DNA of 61,415 nucleotides, filler included, from Planctomycetota bacterium (GTDB taxonomy: Bacteria > Planctomycetota > Planctomycetia > JALXBF01), in assembly GCA_026991575.1 (NCBI GenBank). It is 8 parts of 8 records of this genome, joined end to end, with 100 filler letters (N's around TTAATTAATTAA, not from the genome) between each part and the next. Parts side by side here need not be neighbours in the genome. Positions count along the whole stretch, not along the records: positions 16,281 to 28,173 come from JALXBF010000161.1; positions 28,274 to 31,883 come from JALXBF010000163.1; 6 more parts are not named here. One strand, written 5' to 3'. The translations under genes and the position numbers were made by a program. The notes under the pieces are model-generated. The model made no database searches and had not been told where the DNA came from. It saw only the letters and a program-made list of their open reading frames with translations. Shown piece after piece: positions 20,475 to 31,406 of the stretch (position 1 is its first letter; each line of letters starts with the position of its first letter).

Positions 20475-21479
20475 TCAGGCTTGACCGGTCGCCCGCTTCC
20501 GGCTCGACCTCCGCGCGGCTGCTCTGGCCAGCGCCAGGCAGGTCAACAGCCCAAGCACTCCTAGCAGCGCCCACACCCACAGCCGGCCGTGCCCTGGTCT
20601 GAGCTGCGAAGCCGAAATACCGAAGGTCTCAGGGCGAAAGGCGGTCTCGGGCGGCGCTGTAGCGTCAAGGGAAAGCAACCTGGCCTCCCAGAGGACAACG
20701 TCTTGGGCTGGGACATACGGCCTGCCCCAGGTGGGTACCGGCAAACCGTCGATCATCTGATCATAGTCATAGCGCAGCTCGCAGCGGCGCATCTGATCCG
20801 TGTGCGCCCCTGGATGCCATTCCCATCCCTTCAGCAACCACTGATGGTCGTGGTCCAACCGGAGCGTCAGCCGCGCGCTTCCAAGGCGCGGGTTATGCTG
20901 CAAGAGTCTTGCGACGAGTTCTTCGCCCGCTTGCCGGGGGCGACGCTCGCAGTGAACGATCTGCCAGCCAGTCTCTCCCGAGAACAGCCGGGGCAACGGC
21001 TCACCGTAGAACACCAGCGGGACAAGGGGAAGATACCCTCTGATCACCGGCGCGAGCCTCGGGGCCTCCCCTGTATAGGTATGCCACAGTTCGATGTCAG
21101 TCTTTGCAGAACGACGCGATGACCAAGTGGTCAAGACATGACGGCCCGCTACCTGCTCCGCGGCGAATCGTACCTCGGGTGTATAGACGTAGACAAACCT
21201 GCGAGCCACACCACGTGAGCTGCCGTCCCCGGATCGACGATCCGAAACTTCGACATCCACCCGAACCAGTGGCCATCGTAGGAAAAGTACCGTCGTCTCC
21301 TCGATTCCGCCACGGTGCTTCACTGAGATCGTCCACCGGGCGTTCCCGTATGTCCTCAGCAGACGGCTCCACGCCTCCCGGTAGTTTTCGAATCCGGCGG
21401 GCCCCTGCGCCATCAGCCCGGTCACGAGCACCACCCAGCACGCACCGATCGAATGCAGCATTGCCAACGCCCCCGCCAC
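20475..21479 (-). CDS. Hypothetical secreted protein with C-terminal TM anchor and basic tail
   Basis: Signal-like N-terminus. C-terminus is LWVWALLGVLGLLTCLALA-RAAARR. Confidence 0.65.
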   Translation of the reverse strand: MAGALAMLHSIGACWVVLVTGLMAQGPAGFENYREAWSRLLRTYGNARWTISVKHRGGIEETTVLFLRWPLVRVDVEVSDRRSGDGSSRGVARRFVYVYTPEVRFAAEQVAGRHVLTTWSSRRSAKTDIELWHTYTGEAPRLAPVIRGYLPLVPLVFYGEPLPRLFSGETGWQIVHCERRPRQAGEELVARLLQHNPRLGSARLTLRLDHDHQWLLKGWEWHPGAHTDQMRRCELRYDYDQMIDGLPVPTWGRPYVPAQDVVLWEARLLSLDATAPPETAFRPETFGISASQLRPGHGRLWVWALLGVLGLLTCLALARAAARRSSRKRATGQA

Positions 21480-21884
21480 GATGGCTATCGCTCAACTCCT
21501 CAGACGTCGGGAAGGCCGTGCTGTTACCCACGACGCAGCAAACCCGGCGATCACGGACAGGCTACGCACGGCTGCAGGCGCCCAGGCCAACTCGCGGGCC
21601 GACTCGTGGACAGGCGACACAGCCACGGCGAACTCCGGAAATCAGCGGCGCTATCCGCTGGCCTCGACCTATTCTTCGCTTGGTCCCCTGACCCGTCCGT
21701 CAAGACAGCAGGAGTAAGGTAGTTTTCGATCGGTGCCAGTTTGCTCAGTGCAGGGCGAGTAGCAACCGTCGGACCCGAGCAGCACCCGGACGGGATCGCA
21801 GACGACGGAGCGCTTGGAGCAGCCAGTTGGCGCAAGAAGCAAACGAAGTGCCGTGTTGGCGTGTGCCGGTAGCGGGCCTGGTTC

Positions 21885-23162
21885 CTACAGCTTCGTACCG
21901 ATGCGAAGTCCGAAAACGGCGATTACGTCTTCGGTGGGATTGAGCGTGGGGTGCACGAGCAACTGCAAGCTCGGAGTGATCTCCAGATGGGGGGTGGTGA
22001 ACCGGTAGAACAGTTCGGCCGTAACCTGGTCGCGTGCGTCATCGCCGTACAGATCCCTGTTCGGTTGCCCCCAGTTCAGACCTACTCCGACCAGGTCCTC
22101 GTTGCGACGTAGATGCCCGAAGCCGAAACTAATCGATGACTCCAGCGGACTGTTGGCCCCATCCGACCAGCCTGCCCGCACGAACAACATCGTGTTGTCA
22201 AGAACAGTGTGGACTGCGGAGAAGGCGATCCCCCATCCATCCGGCACGCCGGCTCTGTCACGCTCGTCAGCTTGCCAGATCGTCACGTGCACGTTATCCA
22301 GGAACAACCGTTCGTGAGCGGGGACCCAGCCGATTTCCAGTGACTTGACGGTCTCACGCTCGTGAAACAGCGTCCAAAAACCGTTCGAAATCGAGGTCGG
22401 GTCCGCATTCAAGTCGGCCAGTCCCGCCGCCAGGTAGAAATTCTCATCCAGCCAGCCGGCCACCATCATGCCTAACGCCCCGTCGGGAAGGCTACCAATG
22501 GTGGCCGACCCGGTGGCGAACACCAGGTTCCCGAATCCGTACCAGGGACTGGCCAGGAGGTAGACGTCCATGTAGTCGGTGACGTCCAGAAATCCGGCAA
22601 ACACTAACACCCGTCCGTCGAGACACTTTTGTTTCCAATAGAGGTTCGTCACCCGATAGCCCTGATCCGAGAACGTGGACTGCACCAGCCCTGCATAGCC
22701 AATCTCCGTGCCGAACTCGACTGGGGGCACGCGTGTGACCGAGTGCCGCTGTTCAAGTTTGAAGACCAGGCCCCCGGCGTCAGTAGCCCCTCGATTCACC
22801 CACTCCCAGTATCCGAAGAATCGGAACACACCGCCGAGGCTGTCGTCGTCCCCGTTACTCCCCGTGGCTGCAAACCCGACCAGATGATAGTCGATGCCAA
22901 AGTCCAGGCCATAGTCCCGCTTCAGCTCAGCCCGCCACGCATCCCACGGCCTCAGAGCTGCTTCCTCCGCTCGCGGCACCCGCTCCAACAACCGCGGTAC
23001 CGCGTCCGGTCCAATGAACTGGCTGCTATCGGCAGGCGGCGTCGCCTCCGCATCCGTGGTCTCAGCCTGCTGCGCCGGCGATGGGGAAACCAAAACGAGG
23101 AGTACGCCGATCACGGCCGTAAACTGCGCGCCGAGCCCGCACGGCAAGTCACGCTTCGTCAT
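21885..23162 (-). CDS. Carbohydrate-selective porin, OprB family
   Basis: Signal peptide, beta-strand pattern, QVTAELFYR...ITPSLQL..HP...VFGLR C-terminus. Confidence 0.8.
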   Translation of the reverse strand: MTKRDLPCGLGAQFTAVIGVLLVLVSPSPAQQAETTDAEATPPADSSQFIGPDAVPRLLERVPRAEEAALRPWDAWRAELKRDYGLDFGIDYHLVGFAATGSNGDDDSLGGVFRFFGYWEWVNRGATDAGGLVFKLEQRHSVTRVPPVEFGTEIGYAGLVQSTFSDQGYRVTNLYWKQKCLDGRVLVFAGFLDVTDYMDVYLLASPWYGFGNLVFATGSATIGSLPDGALGMMVAGWLDENFYLAAGLADLNADPTSISNGFWTLFHERETVKSLEIGWVPAHERLFLDNVHVTIWQADERDRAGVPDGWGIAFSAVHTVLDNTMLFVRAGWSDGANSPLESSISFGFGHLRRNEDLVGVGLNWGQPNRDLYGDDARDQVTAELFYRFTTPHLEITPSLQLLVHPTLNPTEDVIAVFGLRIGTKL

Positions 23163-23946
23163 CGACGTACTCCCCCCGCTCCATCGGCCGACTGCTAGCC
23201 ACCCGCGGTTCCGACTCCCGCTCGGTCAAGCGGCCCGTCAACCACCAGTCCTCCCTCTAGCGGCCGTCCGTCCCATCGTTCACCGCCCGAAGGCCCAAGT
23301 ACACCTTGGAAATCCGATTACTTCGTTTGCTCTCGTCCGACCGACGGGCGAGCACGGAAATGGTGATGGGCGGACTGATAGTGTCCAAGGTCGCGCCTAC
23401 TTCTTGGTTTCGGCCGCGGAGCGTCGGGAATTGACCTTTGGCTGGTTTGTCCCTTTCAGCGCGGATCCAGGGCGGGCAGATAGGTTGTGCCTGTGAGTGC
23501 TTCCGTTTCAGCTCGCGCGAGGTGGCGGAATATGGCTAGCCACGGACATCGGTTTGAGCTTTGTCCTGGTTGAGCCGCCGCGACGACTCGGCAAACGACC
23601 TGCGTGCGTCGTGCCGATGCCCTCATGCAGAAGCGACGTCACAATCTCTTCGTCAGCGCGACGAACCCTTGCGGCTCAAGAACCGTATCAGGTTCGTCGG
23701 CATCAGCAGTGCGTGTCGCACGCGACGGGAGGTCGCGAGGACAGCACGTTATCCCACCCCTCGTGCCACTGCGCTTTGGGACCGCGCGATCGGAGGTTCC
23801 CTGCTGAGCCACCGAGCTGTTCTCCAGCGGCCTGTCTTGCGTCAAGTCCACGGGATGTCGCAGGCGAATGCGTGAGTCGGAGAGCGGTGGCTGTGCTCTC
23901 CCGTTTCGGTCCGTATCGGTAGATTCTTCACGAACAGGGCGCGCCC

Positions 23947-25527
23947 ATGATGAGACGATTCTTCCTTCCGCTTCTTGCCAGCACCGTTTTGCTCTGTGCC
24001 TTTGCGTTCTTCTCCTGGTTGAGTCCGGGCTCTGGTGGAAAGGAGGCCAGGGCGGAGTCGTCGGATCGCTATGACCTTGTCATCCTCAATGGCCGCGTCA
24101 TGGATCCAGAAACCGGCTTCGACGGGGTGCGCAATGTCGGAATCAAGGACGGCATCATCCGGACCATCACACGGCGCCGGATCACGGGGCGTGAGGTGAT
24201 CGATGCGAAGGGACTGGTGGTGGCACCGGGATTCATCGACACGCATGTTCATTCGATTACCATGCTGGGTGCCAAGCTCTTGTTGCTGGACGGCGTCACC
24301 ACGGGGCTGAGCACCGAGTTCGGCGTGCTGGACGTGGACAAGTTCTACGACGAACGTGCCGGCAAGTGGCGTCAGAACTATGGTGCGACGGTCGGTCTCG
24401 GCATGGCCCGTATGCTGGTGCTTGACGGCATCGCTGCGCAGGACGACACTGCCTGGTTGCGTGCCACGATGGAAGCGGTCAAGACGGGCAGCAAGTGGTC
24501 GCTCAAGATCGCCACGCCTGAGGAAGAGAAAAAGATCTTTGCCATCCTCAAGAGAGGACTGGACCGAGGGGCTCTTGGGATCGGTATCCCTGTCGGCTAC
24601 ATGGCGGCCGGTTGTACGGCTCGCGAGGTGTACGAAGCGCAGAAGCTGGCGGGGTCCTATGGCCGCATCTGCGCGGTACACACCCGCTTCGGTTCGGGGC
24701 TACCGCCTGACGAGTTTGTGCTGGGCGGGCATGAGATCATCGCGAACGCGATGGTCCTGAGGGCACCGCTCATCTTCCAGCACTTCCACAGCGGCGATTG
24801 GCGGCTGGCTTACGAGATGATCGTGCGGGCCCAAAGGCAGGGCTACAACATCTGGGGTGAAGTGTATCCGTACATCTCGTTCTCCACGCAAGCTGGCGCA
24901 GACTTCCTGGACATCGAGAATCTCAAGAAGAACAACGTGATCATAGAGAAGGCGATCCTGGATCCGTCAACAGGCAAATTCCTGACTGAGGAGCAGTTTC
25001 GCAAGATCCGAGAAGAAAGACCGAACCATCTCGTAATCGTGTTCTCCCGGTCGAAAGAGGACGTGCCCAGGTGGATCGCGTTGGAAGGTGCCACGATCGG
25101 CTCGGATGCCATGCCAGTCCTCGACGCTGACGGCAATGTCCTGCCCGAAGACGCCCCCTACGAGAAGATCGTAGCCCACCCGCGCACGGCCGGCGCTCGG
25201 GCCCGAGCCTTGCGCATCGCACGCGAACACGGCATCCCTCTGATGCGCGTGCTGGCCAACCTCAGCTATTGGTCGGCAAAGCGACTGGGCGACACCGGCC
25301 TGGAGGCGATGCAGAAACGCGGCCGCCTCCAAGAAGGTATGATCGCGGATATTACCATCTTTGACCCAGAAACCGTAACCGATAACGCCGACTACGCCGC
25401 GGGCAAGAACGGTCTGCCATCAAGTGGCATTCCCTACGTGATCGTCAACGGTGTCGTCACAGTCAGGAACGGAAAGCTGGTCAAGAGTGCCCGTGCCGGG
25501 CAACCGATCCGGTTCCCGGTCCGGTAG
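23947..25527 (+). CDS. Secreted amidohydrolase (N-acyl-D-amino-acid deacylase family)
   Basis: NGRVMDPE, APGFIDTHVH, GSD, HPR.AG, G..ADITIFD. Confidence 0.85.
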   Translation: MMRRFFLPLLASTVLLCAFAFFSWLSPGSGGKEARAESSDRYDLVILNGRVMDPETGFDGVRNVGIKDGIIRTITRRRITGREVIDAKGLVVAPGFIDTHVHSITMLGAKLLLLDGVTTGLSTEFGVLDVDKFYDERAGKWRQNYGATVGLGMARMLVLDGIAAQDDTAWLRATMEAVKTGSKWSLKIATPEEEKKIFAILKRGLDRGALGIGIPVGYMAAGCTAREVYEAQKLAGSYGRICAVHTRFGSGLPPDEFVLGGHEIIANAMVLRAPLIFQHFHSGDWRLAYEMIVRAQRQGYNIWGEVYPYISFSTQAGADFLDIENLKKNNVIIEKAILDPSTGKFLTEEQFRKIREERPNHLVIVFSRSKEDVPRWIALEGATIGSDAMPVLDADGNVLPEDAPYEKIVAHPRTAGARARALRIAREHGIPLMRVLANLSYWSAKRLGDTGLEAMQKRGRLQEGMIADITIFDPETVTDNADYAAGKNGLPSSGIPYVIVNGVVTVRNGKLVKSARAGQPIRFPVR

Positions 25528-25678
25528 CGGGCTGGGTAACGACGACTCCGAGTCGGTCCACCGCGGTCCCCTGCAGCGAATGTTACCGTGGTCAAGAGCG
25601 GTGCGACAAACCATGTTCCGGTAAGCGAACCATTAACTAGGTGCATGTTTGTTTCTTGTCGTGTAGCGGGAGCTGTCC

Positions 25679-26797
25679 ATGGTCGCGCCCAATCGATGGC
25701 CACAATTCGCTGCAACCGTTTCTCTGCTGGTGGCCGCCGCTTCGGCCACAGCGCAGGATGTGCGTGCCATTCCGCGAGACGTGGACGAGCTGCTCGAGAC
25801 GCTCCGGGCAGTTCGGGAGCTGTACCTGACAGGATTCAGGATCAGCTATGTGGTGTACGGGACGGGTTATCCGATGGGGCGGCCCACCATGACGGGCGGG
25901 AACCCGAGCAGCCCGGATAAGGTGCTCTGGAGCGAAAGCACAGAAGAAGTTACCCTTTGGCTGGACAAGCCGCGTATCTTGACGCGCGCGGCGATCCTCT
26001 ACCGCTCCTACAAAGGGACTCGCCGCTTGCTTGAACAATATGCCTCAGACGGCATACGGGACCGGTGGTTGCGCGCACCGCTCGACGACGACCCGGAACT
26101 CCAAGCGCTTGCGAACGTTGCACCGGCCGGAACGCTCAGCGACAACTACTTCAACCTCCTCCTGCCTGACTTGAGGATCAGCTACCTCGAGGAGCTAAAG
26201 GAGCTCACTTCCAGGATCCGAATCAGCGGTCCCAGGAACATCGGTGGGATCCGAAGTATCGTGCTCGAGGCACTGCGCGGCAGCGAGCCGTACCGTGGAG
26301 AAGGGCAACACTACGAGATGATCTTTGCGATCGACCGCAACTACATCTGCTGGCAACACAGCACTCATTGGTGGTACCAGGAAGACGACGGATCGTGGCC
26401 CATATCGTCATACCGCAGCGAGGTGCGGGACTGGCTGGAGTTTGAGCCCGGACTGTGGTTCCCAGCGATCACCTGGTCCGTCGGCTGGTCGCCGCCTCCA
26501 GGCCCCGCCGGGCGCGAAAGGTGGGGCGATTACTGGGTCTGGAAGTGCCGCCGTCTGGTTCGGGTTGAACGTCTCTTGGAGCCGCTGTCGTCGGAACAGC
26601 TTGCAGTGAAGTTTCCCCCGGGCACGATTGTGTATGAACTGGACCAGAACGGGGACATCGTCAACAGTTGGGAGGTCCGCACGACCTCCCGGCCTCTGGT
26701 TGGCCCGCACCCGTGGCGGCTGTGGCTGGGGCTGGCCGTCCTCTGTGCCACGCTTGCCTTGATCCTCTTCTACGCCCGCCACCGCGCACGCGCATGA
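25679..26797 (+). CDS. Hypothetical secreted protein with C-terminal TM anchor and basic tail
   Basis: Signal peptide. FPPGTIV motif. C-terminus is WRLWLGLAVLCATLALILFY-ARHRARA. Confidence 0.7.
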   Translation: MVAPNRWPQFAATVSLLVAAASATAQDVRAIPRDVDELLETLRAVRELYLTGFRISYVVYGTGYPMGRPTMTGGNPSSPDKVLWSESTEEVTLWLDKPRILTRAAILYRSYKGTRRLLEQYASDGIRDRWLRAPLDDDPELQALANVAPAGTLSDNYFNLLLPDLRISYLEELKELTSRIRISGPRNIGGIRSIVLEALRGSEPYRGEGQHYEMIFAIDRNYICWQHSTHWWYQEDDGSWPISSYRSEVRDWLEFEPGLWFPAITWSVGWSPPPGPAGRERWGDYWVWKCRRLVRVERLLEPLSSEQLAVKFPPGTIVYELDQNGDIVNSWEVRTTSRPLVGPHPWRLWLGLAVLCATLALILFYARHRARA

Positions 26798-26989
26798 GGA
26801 CGCGACAGGTTCACGCGGCCAGGCACACATCAGAGCCTCGCCCGGATCATCTGCTCCCGGGCAAGTCAGGCGCGTCATGGGGGCATGAGACGTGCCGCTG
26901 TTGAGCCGCATGCCCAAAGCCGACCACGCCGTAGCGTCGCGGCAACGGCAACGCGAGTCCGGCTCCTGGCCGCACCTTCTGCTCAGCTA

Positions 26990-27580
26990 GATCCTCTGCA
27001 CCTATGCCTGCCTCGTGCTCATCGAGAACTTCCAGCACGGTCCCGCGTGGGATGAGCTTGGCCATCTGCCGGCTGGGATTCTGCATTGGCGCTACGGCGA
27101 TTTCCGGCCGTACGCGGTGAATCCACCCCTGGTCCGCCTGATCGCAGTCCTGCCGGTGCTGCACACGCCGGTGGCCAGAGGCCTGGCCCCACACAGTGGC
27201 GACCGTCCGGAGTGGGACGCTGCATACGACTTGATCAAGCTTGCCGGAGACGACTTGTTCGGGCTGTATCACGTCGCCCGCTGCGCTCTGATGCCCATCT
27301 TGCTCCTGGGACCGGTTTCGCTCTACATGCTCGGGGCACGCTACTAGGAGGCGCGTGTGGGGCTGGCTGCGGCCGCGATGTATTGTTTTTCCCCCACGGT
27401 GCTCGCCTACAGTGCCCTTCTGGTACCTGATGCGTGTGCCGCGGCTTTCGCTGCGACCACGGTCCTCGTCGCGTGCGTCCGTATCCCCCGCGGGCTTAGA
27501 TCGTTCCCAACGGGTCTCACGCAGTGGGCAGCGGCCGGTCCAAACGACCGGCTGAACAAAATTGGGGCGGAGCAAAACGA
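26990..27580 (+). pseudogene. GT39-family glycosyltransferase pseudogene
   Basis: PAWDELGHLPAG..HW..GDF..Y.VNPPLVR and FSPTVLA. In-frame TAG at 27345 (TGG in the 9951 copy). Truncated at the 3' end. Confidence 0.75.
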
Positions 27581-27964
27581 TCCGCCCAACAGCCCAATTG
27601 CCTTCCCGCCGTACCATGCCTACGCAGCAAACGCAGCCAATCCTGTCCGACAAGCGCCGCGCGCGCGGCGCGCGCAGCCCCATATTTCCCGACTAACGTC
27701 GTCACAGCGTTCACCATAAGGCATTATCGCACAACGACATGCCTCCACGCCTCACACCCGCCGGCCGCTTTGGCACGGCATGTGCCATAAGCACTCACCA
27801 TCACAAACACCAACCCCGCCCCACGCCCGCCTGTGCACCGGGCGCGGGAACAGGGCCGCCTGCGGCCGGCCAACCGTAGCCAGTGCTGCACGCACCAGAT
27901 CACCGGCGGGAGTCTGCAATACGGCTGCAACTCTCTGTTACAAGACAACTGACGGCGGCGGACA

Positions 27965-28173
27965 ATGGGAGTGCATGACAAAGCGTACAGACAGTTGTTC
28001 GCCAACCCCGAAGTGGTCATGGAACTGCTGTCGGTCCTCTTCCGCCTCCTGTGGGACCGGCCGGTACAGATTCGGAACCTGTATCGCGCAGCGGAAGGCC
28101 ATGTGAGTCGGCGTGCGGACCGATCGCGTCTGGCGGACCTGGTGTGGGTTGCGGAGGTGGAGGGCCGGTACGT
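27965..28173 (+). CDS. Rpn-family nuclease, 5' part (cut by gap)
   Basis: Nearly identical to the N-terminus of 10605..11645. Confidence 0.9.
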
Positions 28174-28273
28174 NNNNNNNNNNNNNNNNNNNNNNNNNNN
28201 NNNNNNNNNNNNNNNNNTTAATTAATTAANNNNNNNNNNNNNNNNNNNNNNNNNNNNNNNNNNNNNNNNNNNN
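28174..28273. other. Artificial contig spacer
   Basis: 44 N + TTAATTAATTAA + 44 N. Confidence 0.99.
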
Positions 28274-28302
28274 TTGAACCTCAGCGGTCCCGGTTACCTT
28301 AC

Positions 28303-30279
28303 TTGCGCAGCCTTAACGACGGCGGCAGGTTCCTGACGCCACCTACGGAGCTCAGTACCTGGCAGCGGCGGCGTGAGTATCTGAAGGCGCAGATCCTGGT
28401 GTCTGCGGGACTATGGCCTGAGGTGCCTCGCGGGCAACTGAACGCTCAGATCTACGGTAAAGAGCTACGCGACGGCTACAGCATCGAACGGGTCGTGATC
28501 GAAACGATTCCTGGCTTTTACCTGACCGGAAACCTGTACCGACCGGCACCGTGGGTGCCGACGCAAGCCGAAGATGCCACGCGCAAGAAGCAGCGTCAGG
28601 CATGGGAAAAGATCCGTTCCGCTGAGAAACGCCCGGGCATTCTCTGTCCGCACGGCCACTGGCGGTACGGTCGGTTCGAACCGGAGGTGCAGCGGCGGTG
28701 CAAGCAGCTTGCACGCATGGGGGCCGTGGTCTTCAGCTACGACATGGTCGGTTACGGCGATTTCAAGCCATTCGGGCACCGTTTCCTGGACGACGAGCTA
28801 CGGCTGATGGGCTTTAGTCTCTTTAGCCTCCAGACGTGGAATTCGCTTCGTGCCCTGGACTTCCTGCTGTCCCTGCCGGACGTCGATCCTGATCGAATCG
28901 CCTGTACCGGGGCCTCTGGGGGGGGCACGCAGACCTTCTTCCTGAGCGCCCTGGACGAACGGGTAAAGGTGGCCGCTCCGGTGGTCATGGTTTCGCAGGA
29001 TATGCAAGGGGGGTCCTATTGCGAGAATGCGGACTGCTTGCGCATCGGCACCGACAATGCCGAGATCGCTGCCCTCGTGGCACCGCGACCACAGCTCTTC
29101 GTGTGTGCACGCGATTGGACGTGGCAGTTTCCCGAGAAGGGCTTCCCGCAGGTTCGGGCCGTTTACGCACTGTATGGCGCAGCGGACAACGTCGAAGTTG
29201 CCCGCTATGATTTCCCGCACAACTACAACCGCACCAGCCGCGAGCGGGTCTACCGTTTCTTTGCCCGCAGACTCTTTGGCATCGACGAGAAGCTGACTGC
29301 TGAGCTGAGCAGCGAGGCAGAACCACAGCAGAACATTACTGCCTGGACGGACGACCATCCCCGGCCGGAAGACTTCGTCACTGCCGATGAGCTCAAGGAG
29401 ACGCTCCGGGAGTTCGTCCTGGATCAAGCGGCGCGAATCTGCCCGGAAACACTGGGTGACCAGTGGCCGTCATTTGCCCACCAGTTGCGCCGTGCGCTCC
29501 GCATCCGTCTGGGACTAGAACCGGTGCGACCCGAGCACGTCACCCCCCGCGTGCTCAGCGAGCAGACCGAGCCATGGGGCAAACAGCGGCTGATCCGGTT
29601 CGGCATTGGGATCACGCCGCGGATCCGCGCGCTGGAGCTGACGCCGCAGCAGGCGGCAGGTCGCGCGCTGCTGCTGGTCAGCGACGCACCAGTGGATCGG
29701 CTCATCAAGTCCGACGACAAGTTGCGGACGGCATTGCTGGCCTGCGTCGCTGACGGATGGCGCGTGCTGGTTATCGAGCCGTACGAGGTCGGCGAGAACC
29801 GCGACCCGTTCCGAAAGCCAGCGGAGCAGCTGCTGCGGCACTTCCTGTGCTACAACCGGTCGGTTGCCGGGGAACGGGTGCAAGATACGCTGACGGCGAT
29901 CGAAATGCTTGCAGAAGGGCACACTGAGGTGGCTCTGGTCGGAGCTGGGTCGATGGGACCGATTGCCCTGCTTGCTGCTACGCAGTCCGAGAAACTGGCT
30001 CAGCTCGCAGTGGACCTGGCCGGCTTTGACTACCGGCTTGATCCGCTGCCACCACGTGAGCTGCTGGTGCCCGGAATTGTGCGACTGGGTGGGCTGCGCG
30101 CAGCAGCGGCACTGATCGAAGTACCGCGTGTCATCCTGTACGGGGCAAGAGGTGCATTCACACCGATCTGTCTTCACGAACGGCTGAAGCGGGCACCGTC
30201 ACAGATGGCTGTAACGATCGCGCAGGAGTCCGTGCCGCCGGCCCAGCTAATCGAGAAGCTCGCCAGCCTACCGAAGTAA
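28303..30279 (+). CDS. Acetylxylan esterase-like alpha/beta hydrolase (true start probably in the gap)
   Basis: CPHGHW, GASGGGTQT nucleophile elbow, HNYN. Confidence 0.8.
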   Translation: MRSLNDGGRFLTPPTELSTWQRRREYLKAQILVSAGLWPEVPRGQLNAQIYGKELRDGYSIERVVIETIPGFYLTGNLYRPAPWVPTQAEDATRKKQRQAWEKIRSAEKRPGILCPHGHWRYGRFEPEVQRRCKQLARMGAVVFSYDMVGYGDFKPFGHRFLDDELRLMGFSLFSLQTWNSLRALDFLLSLPDVDPDRIACTGASGGGTQTFFLSALDERVKVAAPVVMVSQDMQGGSYCENADCLRIGTDNAEIAALVAPRPQLFVCARDWTWQFPEKGFPQVRAVYALYGAADNVEVARYDFPHNYNRTSRERVYRFFARRLFGIDEKLTAELSSEAEPQQNITAWTDDHPRPEDFVTADELKETLREFVLDQAARICPETLGDQWPSFAHQLRRALRIRLGLEPVRPEHVTPRVLSEQTEPWGKQRLIRFGIGITPRIRALELTPQQAAGRALLLVSDAPVDRLIKSDDKLRTALLACVADGWRVLVIEPYEVGENRDPFRKPAEQLLRHFLCYNRSVAGERVQDTLTAIEMLAEGHTEVALVGAGSMGPIALLAATQSEKLAQLAVDLAGFDYRLDPLPPRELLVPGIVRLGGLRAAAALIEVPRVILYGARGAFTPICLHERLKRAPSQMAVTIAQESVPPAQLIEKLASLPK

Positions 30280-30484
30280 CCGTCGACGGCGTGGGTTGCA
30301 ACAGACGGCTTCGGATCGCAGCTACACGGAGCCAACAACAACAGCTTCCCGAACCACGGTTGTTGTCCAAGCCGCTGGCGGCAACAGGCCTGGTCCTAGA
30401 GCCACGTTTGCCTAACAATGTAGCCGCCGAGACCAAGGGGGTGTCGAAGGAAGGCGGTCCCCACTGCTACGGTGCTGTGCAGCG

Positions 30485-31006
30485 ATGGAGATTGTTGCGG
30501 TTCTGCAAGACGCCGAGCAGCGCTTGTTGGAGTGGTTCGGCCTGACCCGCGGCCAGCTCTACGGGATTATGGGATTGCTGGCCGTCGCTTCGGTGGTCAT
30601 GGTCGTTGCAGCAGCCGCAATCGTCCCGGTGCTTATCGTGAAGATGCCCGAGGACTACTTTGTGCGGCCGGATCCACCACGTCCCCGTTGGGCCCAGCGC
30701 CATCCGTTGCTGTACCTGGCCTGGCTCGCGTTCCGCAACGTGGTCGGCTTGTTCTTTGTGGCGATCGGAATCATCCAGCTGTTTACTCCGGGGCAGGGGG
30801 TGCTGTGCATTCTGATCGGGTTATCGCTGATGGTGTTTCCGGGCAAGCGGCGGCTGGAGGGCCGTCTGGTCGGTAACCGCTATGTGCTTCGACCGGTGAA
30901 CGCGATACGCAGACGGGCCGGTAAGCCACCGTTGATTGCGCCCGGATCGGCAGCCGGCCAGGAGCGCAGGCAGTGTGTGAGCTCGGTGCCTCGGGCCGGT
31001 GGTTAG
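30485..31006 (+). CDS. PGPGW-domain transmembrane protein
   Basis: MPEDYF, TPGQG.L.ILIG.....FPGKRRLE, N.IR..AGKPP. Confidence 0.75.
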   Translation: MEIVAVLQDAEQRLLEWFGLTRGQLYGIMGLLAVASVVMVVAAAAIVPVLIVKMPEDYFVRPDPPRPRWAQRHPLLYLAWLAFRNVVGLFFVAIGIIQLFTPGQGVLCILIGLSLMVFPGKRRLEGRLVGNRYVLRPVNAIRRRAGKPPLIAPGSAAGQERRQCVSSVPRAGG

Positions 31007-31406
31007 AGGGGGCCGGTCGACTAGGCGCCGCCGTCGCTGACTTGCACCTCTTGATGGGCTCGCCGATTCCTGGCGGCTGAGCAGACGCACGCGTCGTGGG
31101 CCGACTGGCGTGGCGTGTTCCTGCACACCCTACACACGGAGGTGGAACTGCATCATCCCCGCAGGGCGGACCTGCGGGCAGCGGGCCGAGCCAGGTCGGC
31201 CGGAAGCTCGCTCTGGTACGCAACTGCGGGCTCCTTCAGCCGGGTGGCGCCTTGACTTCCCGGCCACGATCCTATCTGCACCTGGCACCGACGCGCTGTG
31301 TTGGCCTTCCGGTTTGATCACCATTGCCCTTTCCCAGAGAAGTGCGCATGCTGCACAGCAGCAGATCCACGCTGAACACGGACGTAGCGTTCACGAGGCA
31401 GGACAC

